From the NCBI GenBank assembly GCA_964016885.1, contig OZ024746.1, forward strand, positions 73,656,001-73,720,000: DNA of 64,000 bases, written 5' to 3'. Below the pieces are notes generated by a model, which saw nothing but the letters and a program-made list of their open reading frames with translations, made no database searches and was not told where the DNA came from. Position 1 is the stretch's first letter, and each line of letters opens with the position of its first letter. The position numbers and the translations under genes are program-made. The stretch comes from Eledone cirrhosa. Its lineage: Eukaryota. Below are positions 62,797-64,000 of this stretch, in pieces.

Positions 62797-62797
<1 letters not shown>
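62186..62797 (-). mobile_element. Family B RTE-headed non-autonomous element, full length (~610 bp)
   Basis: Structured 5' head, AGGAGAAGGAAAACTCTGAT motif, GCAGCCACCA 3' end; TA on both sides. Confidence 0.82.
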
Positions 62798-62829
<32 letters not shown>

Positions 62830-62882
62830 TATACATACATACATACATACACATATATACATACATACATACATACATATAC

Positions 62883-62924
<42 letters not shown>

Positions 62925-62971
62925 ATACATATAAACACACATACATACATACATACATATACATATATATA

Positions 62972-63370
62972 TGGTGGCTGCCAACTCGTTTTCGAGTACG
63001 GCCACTACTTTATATCCATGTAGGAGAACCCCTACCGGTGCGCTGAACGAGTGTGACTTTTTAGTCCAGCGACTTGAAAACTCTGGTACAAACACTACAC
63101 CTGTGACAATTATTGACACATAGTGCTGGGCCCATGGTACCATGTGACGACAAGTGCAGAGAGATCTCCAGATATAAAGCAATGCCTGTGCTGTGAAGCT
63201 TTTATAGTGAGCAAAGGCACTGCACAAAGCCAGTCCCACTCTCTTAACCAAGATGATATTTACCAAAAAGAAGAACAAGTCAACATCATTGGATACCATC
63301 AGGGTTTCAGGTGTTATATCAGAGTTTTCCTTCTCCTAGAATTCTGCCTTGACAAAGGCTAAGGGGTCAT
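62972..63370 (-). mobile_element. Family B, 5'-truncated, fused to family A
   Basis: Same truncation point (ATGACCCC) as the 12078 copy. Confidence 0.82.
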
Positions 63371-63624
63371 ATGTTGATTTAAAAACTGCACTATCCACAA
63401 GTGTTTTTTAGCCTTCATATCATGTCCTCCTGTTTTATCTGATGAAAACACAAATATTATTGCATGATGATGTTTGTTTTTGAAATGCGCATAATAAAAT
63501 ACATGGAACTCCTTTAACCATCTTTTGATCTTATATATTATGTATACTCCAGTCCTACAAACTGTAGAGTGCTTCTTATCCGATATCTGCATTGCTTTAT
63601 TGTACTACAATAAAACTCACCTCC

Positions 63625-63629
<5 letters not shown>
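63369..63629 (+). mobile_element. Family A 3' end
   Basis: Matches 46695-46952. Confidence 0.88.
63432..63500 (+). ncRNA. Minimal hammerhead ribozyme (family A)
   Basis: gttttat CTGATGA..GAAA tgcgca TA ataaaat. Confidence 0.8.
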
Positions 63630-63666
<37 letters not shown>

Positions 63667-63736
63667 TATACCAGATAGAAAAATGCGTACACCAAAAAAA
63701 AAGTAACATTGTTGGAATACAAACCCCTAAAAATAC

Positions 63737-63850
63737 AGGACAAGAAACCAAAACAAAACTTCAAAAGAACAGGACAAGAAACCAAGACAAAACTTTAAAA
63801 GAATAGGACAAGAAACCAAGATAAAACCTTAAAGAACTGGACAAGAAATA
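63737..63850 (+). repeat. ~34-bp tandem repeat, about 3.3 copies
   Basis: AGGACAAGAAACCAAGACAAAACTTTAAAAGAAT-like unit. Confidence 0.8.
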
Positions 63851-64000
63851 AAAAATTTCACAATAATATTAGTTGCAAAATTTTCATTGGTAAAAAATCG
63901 AGTTCCACATTCATAGGCTCTGGGTTACACATTCAGAGGTCTGAATATATACATATATATATACATATACACACATATATATATATATATACATATATAT

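Noticed and set aside
62660-62797. HDV-like or twister ribozyme in the family B head
   Set aside because: Could not assign P1/P3/L3 or twister consensus; kept only as an unassigned structured RNA
63737-63850. CRISPR-like array
   Set aside because: Tandem units with no unique spacers; eukaryotic context

Overview
AT-rich eukaryotic genomic DNA; the SINE and microsatellite content suggests a cephalopod (Octopus-like), which is an inference. Much of the window is (TA)n/(TATG)n microsatellite, and most ORFs in the track are Ile/Tyr artefacts of it. The only host gene is a UNC-93-like MFS membrane protein on the + strand (five coding exons, 40217-56758, continuing beyond the window). The rest is retroelements, nearly all inserted in (TA)n. 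(i) Two near-identical head-to-head CR1-group LINEs. Their ORF1 has an unusual Myb/SANT-like + polyQ + 2xCCCH zinc-finger layout, and ORF2 has no AUG before the endonuclease motifs and overlaps ORF1 in the -1 frame over two in-frame slippery heptamers. (ii) Fragments of RTE, R4/Dong, CRE and a second CR1 family. (iii) A Penelope-like GIY-YIG remnant. (iv) About 19 minimal type I hammerhead ribozyme motifs from about 9 short non-coding repeat families, many of which form fold-back palindromes; these look like Penelope pLTRs or retrozymes. (v) RTE-headed non-autonomous elements, tRNA-SINEs, and hAT and piggyBac MITEs. All calls were read by eye; no database search or folding program was run.
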